A stretch of DNA of 64,000 bases from Candidatus Omnitrophota bacterium (GCA_041653835.1 JBAZEP010000003.1:3812-67811); one strand, 5' to 3'; numbered from the stretch's first letter, positions 8,516-18,920 are shown. Program-made: numbers and translations. The notes: a model not told the origin generated them from the letters alone.

Positions 8516-10210
8516 ATGAAAAGTGATATCGAGATCGCCCGTGAAGTGAAATTAACGCCGATTGTAAAAATCGCCAAGAAAATAGGTATCCGCGAGGATG
8601 AACTGGAACTTCATGGTAAGTTTAAGGCAAAGGTGGAACTTTCTATTTTAAAGCGTACGAAGGATAGGCGTGACGGTAAATATATAGATGTCACCGCTAT
8701 AACACCTACGCCGCTTGGCGAAGGTAAGACCGTTACTACGATCGGTCTATCATTAGGATTAGCCAAAATAGGTAAAAAGGTTTCTACCTGTATAAGACAG
8801 CCGTCTTTGGGGCCTGTATTCGGTATAAAGGGCGGTGCTGCAGGCGGCGGACATTCCCAGGTGGTGCCAATGGAAGATTTTAATCTGCATTTGACAGGCG
8901 ATGTGCATGCCGTAGGCCTGGCGCATAATCTCTGCGCGGCATTCCTGGATAATTCTCTTTTCAGGGGAAATAAACTAAATATAGACCCTGCGGCTATACT
9001 CTGGAGAAGGGTGGTTGATGTGAGCGACAGGGCTTTACGCAATATTACTATAGGCCAGGGGTCCAAGGATGATGGTATCCCGCGCCAGACAGGTTTTGAT
9101 ATTACAGTGGCATCCGAAGTCATGGCGATCCTTGCACTTGCGAGCGACCTAAAGGATCTGCGTGAACGTTTAGGCAGGATAGTAGTGGCTTTTACCCGGG
9201 AGGGGAAGCCTGTTACTACCGAGGACCTGAAGGTAGCCGGGTCAATGGCAGTGCTTTTAAAGGATGCTATTAAGCCTACGCTAATGCAGACAACCGAACA
9301 CACTCCGTGTTTTGTGCACGCGGGCCCCTTCGCTAATATCGCGCATGGGAATAACTCTATTATCGCGGACAGGATCGCTCTTAAACTGAGCGATTATGTG
9401 GTTACTGAAAGCGGGTTCGGCGCTGATTGCGGGGCTGAGAAGGCATTTGATATTAAATGCCGTATCGGCGGCCTGGTGCCAAACGCAGTGGTAATTGTAT
9501 GTTCCATCAGGGCGCTAAAGATGCATAGCGGGAGGTTTAAGGTAGTGGCTGGAAAGCCTTTGAGTGAAGATCTATTAAAGGAAAATATAGAAGCGATCGA
9601 ACAGGGCGCGGTAAACCTGGAAAAACATATTGAGAATATAAGCTTATTCGGACTGCCTGCCGTAGTAGCGATAAATAAATTTACTACTGATACTGATAAA
9701 GAAATAGAAGCAGTGAAGAAAAAGGCCTTAGCCGCGGGCGCTAGTGACGCTGTAATAAGCGATGTGTGGCTAAGAGGCGGAGAGGGCGGAAAAGACCTTG
9801 CCAGGGCAGTAGTAAAGGCCGCGGAGAAGCCGTCTAATTTTAAATTCCTATATTCGCTGGATGAACCGATCACGCAAAAAATAGAAAAAATAGCCACGAA
9901 GATTTATGGCGCCGCAAAGGTTGAGTATCTGCCTGAGGCGGCAAAAAAGTTAGAACTTTATACTAAACTTGGCTATGATAAATTACCTATCTGTATGGCA
10001 AAGACGCATTTGTCTCTTTCCCATGACCCGCTTTTAAAAGGCAGGCCAACAGGATTTACCCTTCCTATCCGCGATATACGCGTGGCAGCCGGGGCAGGGT
10101 TTTTATATCCATTATGCGGTGAGATGCGCACCATGCCGGGGCTCCCCTCGGAACCCGCAGGAACACATATTGACTTAGATGAAAATGATAATGTCATGGG
10201 ATTATTTTGA
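8516..10210 (+). CDS. fhs: formate--tetrahydrofolate ligase
   Basis: TPLGEGKTVTTIGL P-loop with a length and sequence typical of FTHFS. Confidence 0.95.
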   Translation: MKSDIEIAREVKLTPIVKIAKKIGIREDELELHGKFKAKVELSILKRTKDRRDGKYIDVTAITPTPLGEGKTVTTIGLSLGLAKIGKKVSTCIRQPSLGPVFGIKGGAAGGGHSQVVPMEDFNLHLTGDVHAVGLAHNLCAAFLDNSLFRGNKLNIDPAAILWRRVVDVSDRALRNITIGQGSKDDGIPRQTGFDITVASEVMAILALASDLKDLRERLGRIVVAFTREGKPVTTEDLKVAGSMAVLLKDAIKPTLMQTTEHTPCFVHAGPFANIAHGNNSIIADRIALKLSDYVVTESGFGADCGAEKAFDIKCRIGGLVPNAVVIVCSIRALKMHSGRFKVVAGKPLSEDLLKENIEAIEQGAVNLEKHIENISLFGLPAVVAINKFTTDTDKEIEAVKKKALAAGASDAVISDVWLRGGEGGKDLARAVVKAAEKPSNFKFLYSLDEPITQKIEKIATKIYGAAKVEYLPEAAKKLELYTKLGYDKLPICMAKTHLSLSHDPLLKGRPTGFTLPIRDIRVAAGAGFLYPLCGEMRTMPGLPSEPAGTHIDLDENDNVMGLF

Positions 10211-10303
10211 TACAAGAGTTGGCTGAGAAATATTCCTTGTGGTATAGGAAGTTGGGCTGTTTTTTCCATTGTTTTAACCCGTCATAAGGTTATAATATAT
10301 CTA

Positions 10304-11317
10304 ATGGTTAAGACTAAAATAATCTGCACTATCGGCCCTTCAAGCCGGAATTATCCTGTCCTGAGAAAAATGATGCTTAGCGGCATGGACGTTTCAAGGC
10401 TTAATTTTTCCCACGGGTCTCTCGCGGAGCATAAAAAATATCTGGATACGATAAATATCCTGAATAAGAAATATTCCAGGCATATAAGGATCCTCGGCGA
10501 CCTGGAAGGTTACAGGATAAGGATAGGAAAGCTTAAAAAAGAGCTCCCCCTGAGGAAAAAACAAACGCTTCTATTGACCAATGATCCGGACGCCCGGGCG
10601 CGGGAAGCGATACCATTTGATTATAAAGGGCCGCTGGGCGATATAAAGAAAGGTTGTTTCATATATATCGACGACGGTAATATAGCGCTTAAGGTCACTT
10701 CCGTTACTAAACAATACCTGGTAACGGAAGTAACGGCGCCCGGCATACTCAAAGAACACAAGGGCATGAATATACCTGATATCAGGCTTAAGTTCAGGGG
10801 CTTGACTGATAAAGACAGGCTGGGTATAAAATTCAGCGTGGAAAATAAAATAGATTATATTGCCCAGTCATTCGTGAGGTCTAAACAGGATATCCTTTGT
10901 TTCAGGGATATGGTTAAAGACGCCCTTCCCGGATGTAAGATTATCGCCAAGATAGAAAACCGGCAGGGCATCAGGAATATAGACGAGATAATGGCGGTTT
11001 GCGACGGGATAATGGTGGCCAGGGGAGATATGGGCGTGTCACTGCCTATCTACGAGATAGCCATAATACAGAAGATGATAATCAGGAAATGCAACGCCAT
11101 GAAAAAATTCGTTATTACCGCTACCCAGATGCTCGAGAGCATGACCGAGAACCCGAGGCCTACGCGCGCTGAGGTCACGGATGTCTCGAACGCTATATTC
11201 GACGGTTCTGATTTCCTGATGCTTTCAGGAGAGACCGCGGCGGGGAAATATCCTGTTGAGTCTGTGGATATGATGAATAAGATCATTAAATTTACCGAAA
11301 GCCACATAAATGATTAA
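10304..11317 (+). CDS. pyk: pyruvate kinase (short form lacking C-terminal regulatory domain)
   Basis: [12 protein letters not shown]...[11 protein letters not shown] matches the pyruvate-kinase N-terminal signature; the protein is only 337 aa. Confidence 0.8.
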   Translation: MVKTKIICTIGPSSRNYPVLRKMMLSGMDVSRLNFSHGSLAEHKKYLDTINILNKKYSRHIRILGDLEGYRIRIGKLKKELPLRKKQTLLLTNDPDARAREAIPFDYKGPLGDIKKGCFIYIDDGNIALKVTSVTKQYLVTEVTAPGILKEHKGMNIPDIRLKFRGLTDKDRLGIKFSVENKIDYIAQSFVRSKQDILCFRDMVKDALPGCKIIAKIENRQGIRNIDEIMAVCDGIMVARGDMGVSLPIYEIAIIQKMIIRKCNAMKKFVITATQMLESMTENPRPTRAEVTDVSNAIFDGSDFLMLSGETAAGKYPVESVDMMNKIIKFTESHIND

Positions 11318-12353
11318 AAATACGCCGAAAGAATATGAGATAGGGGATAAAGCGGCGGATGACCTGATAAGCGGACTTGCCGCGAGATCAGGTTCCCTTG
11401 ATACAGAGTCTTTACTGCGCGAGATACTTACGACAGCTGTCAAGCTGGGCATGGAATCCGGGGACAGGGGAGACCTTAAACTTGTAAATAACGCGCTGAA
11501 AGAACTGCGGTATTCTTTCAAGATATTCTCCCCTTACAGGAATGTCAAAAAAGTGATAATCTTCGGTTCCGCCCGGTCGAAACCCGGCTCCGGCGAATAT
11601 AAAATGGCGGAGGAATTTTCCAGGAAAATGGCGGGAAAAGGGTATATGATCGTGACAGGCGGCGGCCCGGGAGTGATGGAAGCGGGCAATAAAGGCGCCG
11701 ACGGAAAAGATTTCGCGCTCAATATCCGCCTTCCCCACGAGCAAAAGCCCAACCCGTATATAAACGAGAAAAACAGGATAATTAATTTTAAATATTTTTT
11801 CACCAGGAAGTTGATTTTTATAAAAGAGACGGACGCGACCGCGCTTTTCCCGGGCGGATTTGGCACTAATGATGAGGGATTCGAGGCGCTTACCCTGATC
11901 CAGACCGGTAAATCCAGGCCGAGGCCTGTAGTCTTGATGGAACCGAAAGGCTCAAGCTACTGGGCTGATTGGAAAAAATTCCTGGATAAACAGATGGTCG
12001 GGAACGGTTACATAAAAAAAGAAGATTGCGATCTTTTTTATATCGCGAAAAGTCCCGGCGAAGCGATCAGGTATATAGAAAATTTTTACAGGGTTTATCA
12101 CTCGATAAGGTATGTCTCGGGCACGACCGTATTAAGGCTGAACAGGAATATCTCCGGAAAAACATTGGATCTTATAAACCAGGAATTCAAAGATATCCTC
12201 GCGAGCGGCAGGATAACGCTTTCGCCTCCCCTGAAAGAGGAGGCCCAGAAAAAAGAATATCTCGATCTCCCCCGTCTTGTCATGGACTTTAATCTCCGGG
12301 ACTATGGCAGGCTCTGCAAATTGATCCGCGCCATAAACGAAGATCCCTCGTAG
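11310..12353 (+). CDS. LOG-family / PpnN-like nucleotide 5'-monophosphate nucleosidase
   Basis: VIIFGSARS...[22 protein letters not shown]00730 motif with PpnN-like N- and C-terminal extensions. Confidence 0.75.
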   Translation: MIKNTPKEYEIGDKAADDLISGLAARSGSLDTESLLREILTTAVKLGMESGDRGDLKLVNNALKELRYSFKIFSPYRNVKKVIIFGSARSKPGSGEYKMAEEFSRKMAGKGYMIVTGGGPGVMEAGNKGADGKDFALNIRLPHEQKPNPYINEKNRIINFKYFFTRKLIFIKETDATALFPGGFGTNDEGFEALTLIQTGKSRPRPVVLMEPKGSSYWADWKKFLDKQMVGNGYIKKEDCDLFYIAKSPGEAIRYIENFYRVYHSIRYVSGTTVLRLNRNISGKTLDLINQEFKDILASGRITLSPPLKEEAQKKEYLDLPRLVMDFNLRDYGRLCKLIRAINEDPS

Positions 12354-12436
12354 TAGAGAAAAGTCAGAAAAAAACAGAATAACTCCATTCACAGGTTATC
12401 AGCCTTGTGCAATAATGTGTAAAAAAGGGGGTTTAC

Positions 12437-12874
12437 ATGTTTACTAAAATATTTGTATTAGCGTGCGCGGTTACGTTATTGTGCGCGGGTACCGGGCTCT
12501 GCGGTGTTTATTCGGATATCGCGGATGAGGTTGAAGCGAAAAACGGGGTAAAAGAAATAACTTATGACCAGTTCATGGACATAAGGGATTCCGGGGAAGA
12601 TTATAAGCTTCTCGATGTGCTTGCCGGGGAAAGTTACAATGAAGGGCACATAGAAGGCTCGCTGTCATTTCCCCTTGATGAAATAGATGAGGCAACAGCC
12701 GCGGAACGCTTATCCATGGACGATAATATAATAGTGTACTGCGGCAGTTTCCAGTGCACAGCTTCTACCGCTGCCGCCCAAAAATTATCCGAATTGGGCT
12801 ATAACGTGCTTGATTATAAAGGCGGGCTCCAGGAATGGCAGGAAAAAGGCAATGAACTTATTTCCGGGATGTAA
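12437..12874 (+). CDS. secreted rhodanese-domain protein
   Basis: A signal peptide is followed by a rhodanese fold with a CGSFQC active-site loop. Confidence 0.8.
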   Translation: MFTKIFVLACAVTLLCAGTGLCGVYSDIADEVEAKNGVKEITYDQFMDIRDSGEDYKLLDVLAGESYNEGHIEGSLSFPLDEIDEATAAERLSMDDNIIVYCGSFQCTASTAAAQKLSELGYNVLDYKGGLQEWQEKGNELISGM

Positions 12875-12903
12875 ACTTAGCTTATATTGACAAAGCAGGA
12901 AGC

Positions 12904-13050
12904 ATGGTATTGATCAATAAAAGTATAGGCACGGATGAAAAACTTGATATATTGTCGCGTGATTCCAGGTATGACCTTGCCTGCGCCTGCGCAACGCGCA
13001 ATGGATCCCAAAGAGGCATGGGCAAAGCCGCCCCATATCTTGTATTTTAG
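12904..13050 (+). pseudogene. N-terminal remnant (48 codons) of a radical-SAM DNA modification/repair protein (TIGR03916-like)
   Basis: An unlisted short ORF, MVLINKSIGTDEKLDILSRDSRYDLACACATRNGSQRG..., resembles the conserved N-terminus (EKLKILSDAAKYDVSCSSSGS) of that family, then hits a stop. The rest of the gene is absent. Confidence 0.35.
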
Positions 13051-13086
13051 CTATGTTATTTTTATGGAAAATGGTATGATGAAAGC

Positions 13087-13899
13087 ATGAAGTATTTATT
13101 TTCTCAATTGGACAAGTTAAAAGATGTATTGGAAAAGAGGCCTGTTTTTCTCTTCCTGGACTATGACGGTACATTGGTGCCTATAGCCCAGCGGCCGGAT
13201 AAAGCGGTTATTTCCGGGAACGCGCTGAAGGCGCTCTCGGGTTTGGCGAAAAATCCGGATTGCAGGGTGGCTGTCATAAGCGGGAGGTCTTTGAAAAATA
13301 TAAAGGATATGGTAAACTTAAAAGACATAAGCTATGCCGGTAACCACGGCCTGGAAATAGAGGGCGCGGGCATTAAGTTCAAGACGCCTGTTTTGCCGGG
13401 ATATAAACTTGCGCTCAGAAAGCTCAAAACCATCCTGAAAAAAAAATTGTCTGTTATCAGGGGGGCTATTGTAGAAGATAAGGGCCTGACATTAAGCGTC
13501 CATTATCGTCTTGTTGAAGCTAAAAAAATACCTGCCCTGAAAACCATTTTTTATAAGACAGCGGAGCGTTACGGCGTTCCCGCGGGAATAAAGATAACGA
13601 CGGGTAAAAAGGTGCTGGAGATAAGGCCTGATTTGAAGCAGGACAAAGGCAGGATCGTCCTGTGGCTGTTATCGAAGGTGAAAACCAGAGCGGGTAAAAA
13701 GCCAAGCCTGCCTGTTTATATAGGAGATGACGTTACGGATGAGGACGCGTTCAGGGCGCTGAGAGGCAGGGGGCTGACGGTGTTCGTCGGGAAACCCGGA
13801 AGGTCTTCGGCGGAATATTTCGTCAGGGGCACAGGAGAAGTGATAGATTTTTTAAAAGAGGTTTTGAAGATAAAGAACGGGGCTGTATGCAGGAATTGA
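13087..13899 (+). CDS. otsB: trehalose-6-phosphate phosphatase (HAD family)
   Basis: FLFLDYDGTLVPIAQRPD and the downstream HAD motifs are typical of OtsB. Confidence 0.85.
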   Translation: MKYLFSQLDKLKDVLEKRPVFLFLDYDGTLVPIAQRPDKAVISGNALKALSGLAKNPDCRVAVISGRSLKNIKDMVNLKDISYAGNHGLEIEGAGIKFKTPVLPGYKLALRKLKTILKKKLSVIRGAIVEDKGLTLSVHYRLVEAKKIPALKTIFYKTAERYGVPAGIKITTGKKVLEIRPDLKQDKGRIVLWLLSKVKTRAGKKPSLPVYIGDDVTDEDAFRALRGRGLTVFVGKPGRSSAEYFVRGTGEVIDFLKEVLKIKNGAVCRN

Positions 13900-14561
13900 C
13901 CAAAGCCAAAGAACCTTTCAAGTTTTTCACAAGGCTGCATCTCTCGGAATTGACCGGCCTTAGGGCGTCGAATCTCAGCCAGTTGTCGAAAATACTCAAA
14001 GATATTTCCGGCTCGTCTATATATCACCACACGCACAGGTTTTTACAACAGCACCAGTACCTTTCCCCTGAGCCCCCCAATGATTTTGCCTATTGGGTAA
14101 GTAATGTCCTGGGCGAGAATGAACTGGGCGAAAGGCTGGCCAGCATAGATACCGTCCGGTTTTCCACTATCCGCGGTATCAGGGACAAGATTACCTCCAC
14201 CATAGATGGTTATCTTAGAAAGAATCCATTGGCCAGGTTAAGGTTCGCCGGCGAAGGCGGCGAGTTCCATTTTATAAAATCCGTAAGTTTTATTTTACCT
14301 ACCGAACATATAGCGTATGACCTGAGAGAGTTCAGTATTATCATGAGCAAGGTAACGATAGATTCCATATATTTTCACATATTCGAGGCGCGTTTGAGGC
14401 TTGAGAAAAAAACAAATGATTTTTCAGCCTGGATAGAGACATCCATCGGGGACAAGGAACTCGCGGACAGGATCTCGAGGCTGGACCCCTATACACATAC
14501 ACTCGAGGAATTAAGAAGGACTATCATCCAGATAGTGGGACAGAGATTAAAGGGCGGATAA
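13887..14561 (+). CDS. conserved hypothetical protein co-operonic with otsB and treT-like gene
   Basis: No recognisable catalytic motif. It is translationally coupled on both sides. Confidence 0.5.
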   Translation: MQELTKAKEPFKFFTRLHLSELTGLRASNLSQLSKILKDISGSSIYHHTHRFLQQHQYLSPEPPNDFAYWVSNVLGENELGERLASIDTVRFSTIRGIRDKITSTIDGYLRKNPLARLRFAGEGGEFHFIKSVSFILPTEHIAYDLREFSIIMSKVTIDSIYFHIFEARLRLEKKTNDFSAWIETSIGDKELADRISRLDPYTHTLEELRRTIIQIVGQRLKGG

Positions 14562-15778
14562 TGGGCAGTATAAGCATAAAAGATTATATACCTATAGCAG
14601 GGAAATCCACCATAGATGATTTGTTTTTGCTGGCGGAAAGGCTTAAAGGAAAGGTTATCCAGCATGTCAATTCTACCGCGGTCGGAGGCGGGGTCGCCGA
14701 GATACTCAGCCGCATGACGCCCCTGCTTAAGCAGTTGGGCGTGGACAACAAATGGGATGTCATAAAGGGCGGCGCCAGGTTTTTTGAGGTGACAAAGAAA
14801 TTCCATAACGCTTTGCATGGAAAACGCGAACAGATAACCCGGAACGATTTCGATATATTCGTGGAAACCAGCCGGGAAAATATAAAGGCGCTGGATACGT
14901 ACGGCGACATAGTGTTCGTGCACGACCCCCAGCCCATAGCGCTGGTAAAGAAGAGAGCCGGGAATAAATGGCTCTGGCGCTGCCATGTCGATGTGTCCGA
15001 TCCTGATAGGCGGGTATGGAGATTCCTGGAAAGTTTTATAACAGATTATGACGCCGCGGTATTTTCCGCGCCCAACTTTTCGCAGAAGCTGTCCATAAGG
15101 CAGTTCCTGATATCACCGTCCATAGACCCCCTGAGCGATAAGAACAAAGAACTGCCGCAGGAGGTAGTAGATTCGGTGCTTGAAAAATACGGCATCAAAA
15201 AGGATAAGCCGATAATCACGCAGATATCCCGCTTTGACCGCTTGAAGGACCCTATCGGGGTTATCGAGGCGTACAAGGGCGTAAAAAAATATATAGACTG
15301 CATGCTTATACTGGCCGGGGGAGGCGCGTCGGATGATCCAGAGGGCGTGCAGGTACTGGAAGAGGTTATGGAGCGCTCGAAGGACGATAAAGATATCCAT
15401 GTATTATTATTGCCGCAGGATGATATAATCATCAACGCGCTGCAGCGCGCCTCCGACGTGATAATACAAAAATCTCTGAAAGAAGGCTTCGGCCTTACCG
15501 TATCGGAGGCGTTATGGAAAGCCAAACCGGTAGTGGCGTCAAATGTGGGAGGCATCCCCCTCCAGGTAAAACATAAATATTCCGGCTTATTGTGCCATTC
15601 AATAGACGGCGCGGGATTTGCCATCAAACAATTGCTGGCGAACCCGGCATACGCTAAAAAATTAGGAGAGAACGGCAGGGAGCATATAAGGAACAACTTT
15701 TTGATCACACGCCATATCAGGGAATACATGTTATTATTCCTTTCGTTATATCACGGTGAGGATGTGGTATATTTATAA
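14561..15778 (+). CDS. GT4 glycosyltransferase resembling trehalose glycosyltransferring synthase TreT
   Basis: The N-terminal NSTAVGGGVAEIL...W.VI.G...FF.VTK.FHNALHG pattern is characteristic of TreT-type enzymes. The gene is adjacent to otsB. Confidence 0.65.
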   Translation: MGSISIKDYIPIAGKSTIDDLFLLAERLKGKVIQHVNSTAVGGGVAEILSRMTPLLKQLGVDNKWDVIKGGARFFEVTKKFHNALHGKREQITRNDFDIFVETSRENIKALDTYGDIVFVHDPQPIALVKKRAGNKWLWRCHVDVSDPDRRVWRFLESFITDYDAAVFSAPNFSQKLSIRQFLISPSIDPLSDKNKELPQEVVDSVLEKYGIKKDKPIITQISRFDRLKDPIGVIEAYKGVKKYIDCMLILAGGGASDDPEGVQVLEEVMERSKDDKDIHVLLLPQDDIIINALQRASDVIIQKSLKEGFGLTVSEALWKAKPVVASNVGGIPLQVKHKYSGLLCHSIDGAGFAIKQLLANPAYAKKLGENGREHIRNNFLITRHIREYMLLFLSLYHGEDVVYL

Positions 15779-15796
15779 ACAAAAGGAGAGGCGCGT

Positions 15797-16483
15797 ATGA
15801 AAATTTTAATTTTTGTCATAATAGCTGTCCTGGTAGTAATCGCATTCAATATGTTTACGCATGCTCAGCCGGTAAAGACAGCTGAAAAAGCGCCGATACC
15901 TTCCGCATCCCGTATCCAGACAAAAGATTTTTCCGGATTGCTCGGGATGAGCGGATTCAGCGACACGCTTCTCGGCGATCATTTCAAGCTTTACCAGGGC
16001 TATATAAAGAACACCAACGCTATTTTTGAAAAACTCGATATCCTGTCCAGCGAAGGGAAGGACCGTACCCCTGAATACGCGGAGTTAAAACGCAGGCTCG
16101 GATGGGAATTCAACGGCGCGCTCCTGCACGAATATTATTTCGAGAACCTCGGAGGTAAAGAACCTCTTGACCCTGGAAGCGCCTTCTATAGGAAAATCGC
16201 CGCGGATTTCAAGAGTTTCGACGACTGGAAAAAGGATTTTATTTCCACGGGTATGATGCGCGGTATCGGCTGGGTCGTGCTTTACCTGGAACCTAAAACA
16301 GGGAAGCTCGTGAATTCCTGGATAAATGAGCATGATACGGCGCATATCGCCGGAGCGACGCCACTCTTGGTAATGGACGTATTCGAGCACGCGTATATGA
16401 CAGACTATCAGCTTGACAGAGAAAAATATATCGACAGCTTTTTCAGGAATATAAACTGGAAAACCGTTTCAGCGCGTTTCTAA
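15797..16483 (+). CDS. sod: Fe/Mn superoxide dismutase with N-terminal signal/anchor
   Basis: C-terminal domain motifs (DVFEHAYM, WVVLY) are present, preceded by an N-terminal hydrophobic segment. Confidence 0.85.
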   Translation: MKILIFVIIAVLVVIAFNMFTHAQPVKTAEKAPIPSASRIQTKDFSGLLGMSGFSDTLLGDHFKLYQGYIKNTNAIFEKLDILSSEGKDRTPEYAELKRRLGWEFNGALLHEYYFENLGGKEPLDPGSAFYRKIAADFKSFDDWKKDFISTGMMRGIGWVVLYLEPKTGKLVNSWINEHDTAHIAGATPLLVMDVFEHAYMTDYQLDREKYIDSFFRNINWKTVSARF

Positions 16484-16524
16484 GTTGACAATCGCGCTTT
16501 AAAATGATTTAATAAGATAAATAA

Positions 16525-16664
16525 CGGGGAGGCCGCTGGATCGCGGCCTGAGAGTTCCGTGGAGCGAACGGATTACCCTTTGAACCTGAACTGGATAATG
16601 CCAGCGTAGGGAAAGATGTTAATTGTTCCGGCCCTTACGCGTTGTGTGTAAGGGTTATTTTTTT
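16525..16664 (+). promoter_or_regulatory. TPP (THI-box) riboswitch with intrinsic-terminator expression platform
   Basis: The conserved CUGAGA and ACCCUUUGAACCUGA.CUGGAUAAUGCCAGCGUAGGGAA core is present. It is followed by hairpin CCCTTAC...GTAAGGG plus a T-tract at 16632-16664, directly upstream of thi4. Confidence 0.85.
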
Positions 16665-16684
16665 ATACTGGAAAGGGGGCGCAA

Positions 16685-17458
16685 ATGCAATTGGATGAGA
16701 TCAAGATATCTAAAGCCATTATCGAATCCTACAGCAAAAAATTAATAGATTCGCTGGATGTCGATGTGGCGATCGTAGGGGCGGGGCCCGCGGGCATGGT
16801 ATGCGGTTATTATCTCGCGGCGGCAGGGAAAAAAGTGGCGCTTTTCGAGAGGAAACTTTCGGTCGGGGGCGGGATGTGGGGCGGCGGTATAATGTTCAAC
16901 GAGATAGTGGTCCAGGACAAAGCTAAAGCTATTTTGGACGAGTTCGATATCAGGTACAGGCCTTATGAAGAAGGTTATTACCTCGCGGATTCAGTGGAGT
17001 CGGTTTCCACTATCTGCTCTAAGGCAATGAAAGCCGGGTTGAAAATATTTAACCTTGTGAGCGTCGAGGACGTGATGGTGCGCGATAAAAGAGTGACGGG
17101 GCTGGTGCTGAACTGGACCGCGGTCGAGATGGCGCATCTGCATGTGGACCCTGTTACCATGCGCGCCAAATTTGTGGTGGACGCCACAGGCCACCCCGCT
17201 GAAGTGGCGCGGATAGTCGAGAGAAAATCCGGCATCCCCCTTAATACGAAGACAGGCAAGACCATGGGCGAGGAATCCATGTGGGCGGAAGTAGGGGAAG
17301 ATACCATCGTGGATAATTCGAAAGAGATCTGCCCGGGCATGTATGCCTGCGGCATGTGCGCCAACGCGGTATTCGGCGGCCCGCGCATGGGCCCGGTGTT
17401 CGGCGGCATGCTTCTCGCCGGAAAAAAAGTGGCGCGGGACCTGATTAAAAAACTTTAG
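16685..17458 (+). CDS. thi4: thiazole synthase Thi4 family (thiamine thiazole biosynthesis)
   Basis: [20 protein letters not shown]...GGGMWGGG matches the Thi4 family pattern. Confidence 0.85.
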   Translation: MQLDEIKISKAIIESYSKKLIDSLDVDVAIVGAGPAGMVCGYYLAAAGKKVALFERKLSVGGGMWGGGIMFNEIVVQDKAKAILDEFDIRYRPYEEGYYLADSVESVSTICSKAMKAGLKIFNLVSVEDVMVRDKRVTGLVLNWTAVEMAHLHVDPVTMRAKFVVDATGHPAEVARIVERKSGIPLNTKTGKTMGEESMWAEVGEDTIVDNSKEICPGMYACGMCANAVFGGPRMGPVFGGMLLAGKKVARDLIKKL

Positions 17459-17459
17459 G

Positions 17460-17487
17460 TTTACAAATCCTTTTAACGTGGTATAAT
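17460..17487 (+). promoter_or_regulatory. promoter TTTACA-N16-(TGg)TATAAT for the DEAD-box helicase gene, followed by about 180-nt 5' UTR
   Basis: Consensus extended -10 is present. Confidence 0.55.
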
Positions 17488-17670
17488 AAAACAACTAGTA
17501 AAAAGGACTAAAAAGTCAGGAGTTATCATCAAGAAAATAAGGACATCTGCCAAAGGCAGAAAATGTAAGTACCTGCATTGCAAGCATACCCTGAGTATCT
17601 ACAATCACGAAGACTATTGCCATGTTCACCAAGGGCTATTAGTGCAGGAATGCGCTTGCAGAGGCTCTAA

Positions 17671-18918
17671 ATGACTATGATAGAAAATCCCGCGCAAAGT
17701 TTTTACGGATTGGGCATAGCTCCGAAGATATTGGATATACTGGAGCGCATAAAATTCAAAACGCCCACGCCTATCCAGCTCAAAGCTATACCGCTGGCGA
17801 TCGCGGGCAAGGATATCGTAGGGATCGCCCAGACAGGTACGGGCAAGACGCATTCCTTTGCCATACCTATGATCCAGATACTGGCCCAGAAAAAAGGCAT
17901 AGGCATGGTACTGGCGCCTACGCGCGAGTTAGCCATTCAGATCGACGAGGCGTTCCAGCCGATAGTCAGGCAGTTCGGGATACGCACGGCTTGCCTTATA
18001 GGGGGCGCCCCCATGGGCCCGCAGATCAAGGCGCTTAATAGTAAACCGCGCGTGGTGATCGCGACCCCGGGCAGGCTTATAGACCACATGACCCACTGGA
18101 ACATAATGCTCGACGACGCGGTAATGCTGGTAATCGACGAAGCCGACCGTATGCTTGATATGGGTTTTGCCCCCCAGGTGGAAAAGATCCTGCGTTTTAT
18201 GCCCAAGGAAAGACAGACAATGCTTTTTTCGGCTACCATGCCAAGGGAGATAATGGAGATAGCCGCCAAATATATGAAACTTCCGGTCAGCGTGGAGATA
18301 GCCCCTTCCGGCACCGTCGCGGAAAAAGTGACCCAGGAAGTATTCGTGGTCAAAAAAGATTCCAAGCTGCGCCTCCTTGACAGCCTTTTGAAACAATATC
18401 ACGGGCCGGTCCTTTTATTTTCCCGCACAAAACATAATGCCAGAAAGATCACGCGTTCGATCAGGGGTATGGGGCATAACGCCGCGGAAATACATTCCGA
18501 CCGTTCCCTGGGCCAGCGCCGCGAGGCGTTGTCCGGGTTCAAGTCCGGAAAGTATAAAGTGCTGGTCGCTACCGATATAGCGGCGCGGGGCATAGACGTG
18601 ACAGGGATAGAACTGGTCATCAACTATGACCTTCCGGACGACACGGAAAATTACGTGCACCGCATCGGCCGCACAGGCCGGGCAGGCCATAAAGGCCACG
18701 CGATATCTTTCGCTACGCCCGACCAGAAAAACGATATACGCGATATAGAGAAACTCATGAGGGCATCCCTGCCTATTTCAAAACATCCGGATGTCTCGCA
18801 TGAACAATTCAGCCAATCCTCTTCCCAGCAGTCCCCGGATAAAAGATACCAAAAAAACCATTACAGGCAGAAGAACCACGCGCCGCGCCGCGGCAATGGC
18901 AATAGATACTACCGTTAA
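17671..18918 (+). CDS. DEAD-box ATP-dependent RNA helicase
   Basis: Q-motif, AQTGTGKT, DEAD and SAT motifs are present, with a basic RG-rich C-terminal tail. A long 5' UTR follows a strong promoter. Confidence 0.9.
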   Translation: MTMIENPAQSFYGLGIAPKILDILERIKFKTPTPIQLKAIPLAIAGKDIVGIAQTGTGKTHSFAIPMIQILAQKKGIGMVLAPTRELAIQIDEAFQPIVRQFGIRTACLIGGAPMGPQIKALNSKPRVVIATPGRLIDHMTHWNIMLDDAVMLVIDEADRMLDMGFAPQVEKILRFMPKERQTMLFSATMPREIMEIAAKYMKLPVSVEIAPSGTVAEKVTQEVFVVKKDSKLRLLDSLLKQYHGPVLLFSRTKHNARKITRSIRGMGHNAAEIHSDRSLGQRREALSGFKSGKYKVLVATDIAARGIDVTGIELVINYDLPDDTENYVHRIGRTGRAGHKGHAISFATPDQKNDIRDIEKLMRASLPISKHPDVSHEQFSQSSSQQSPDKRYQKNHYRQKNHAPRRGNGNRYYR

Positions 18919-18920
18919 AC

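Noticed and set aside
8611-9897. Long antisense ORFs (230 aa and 167 aa) inside fhs
   Set aside because: They lie entirely within a high-confidence conserved gene on the opposite strand. They have no motifs and the biased amino-acid composition typical of shadow frames in GC-rich coding DNA.
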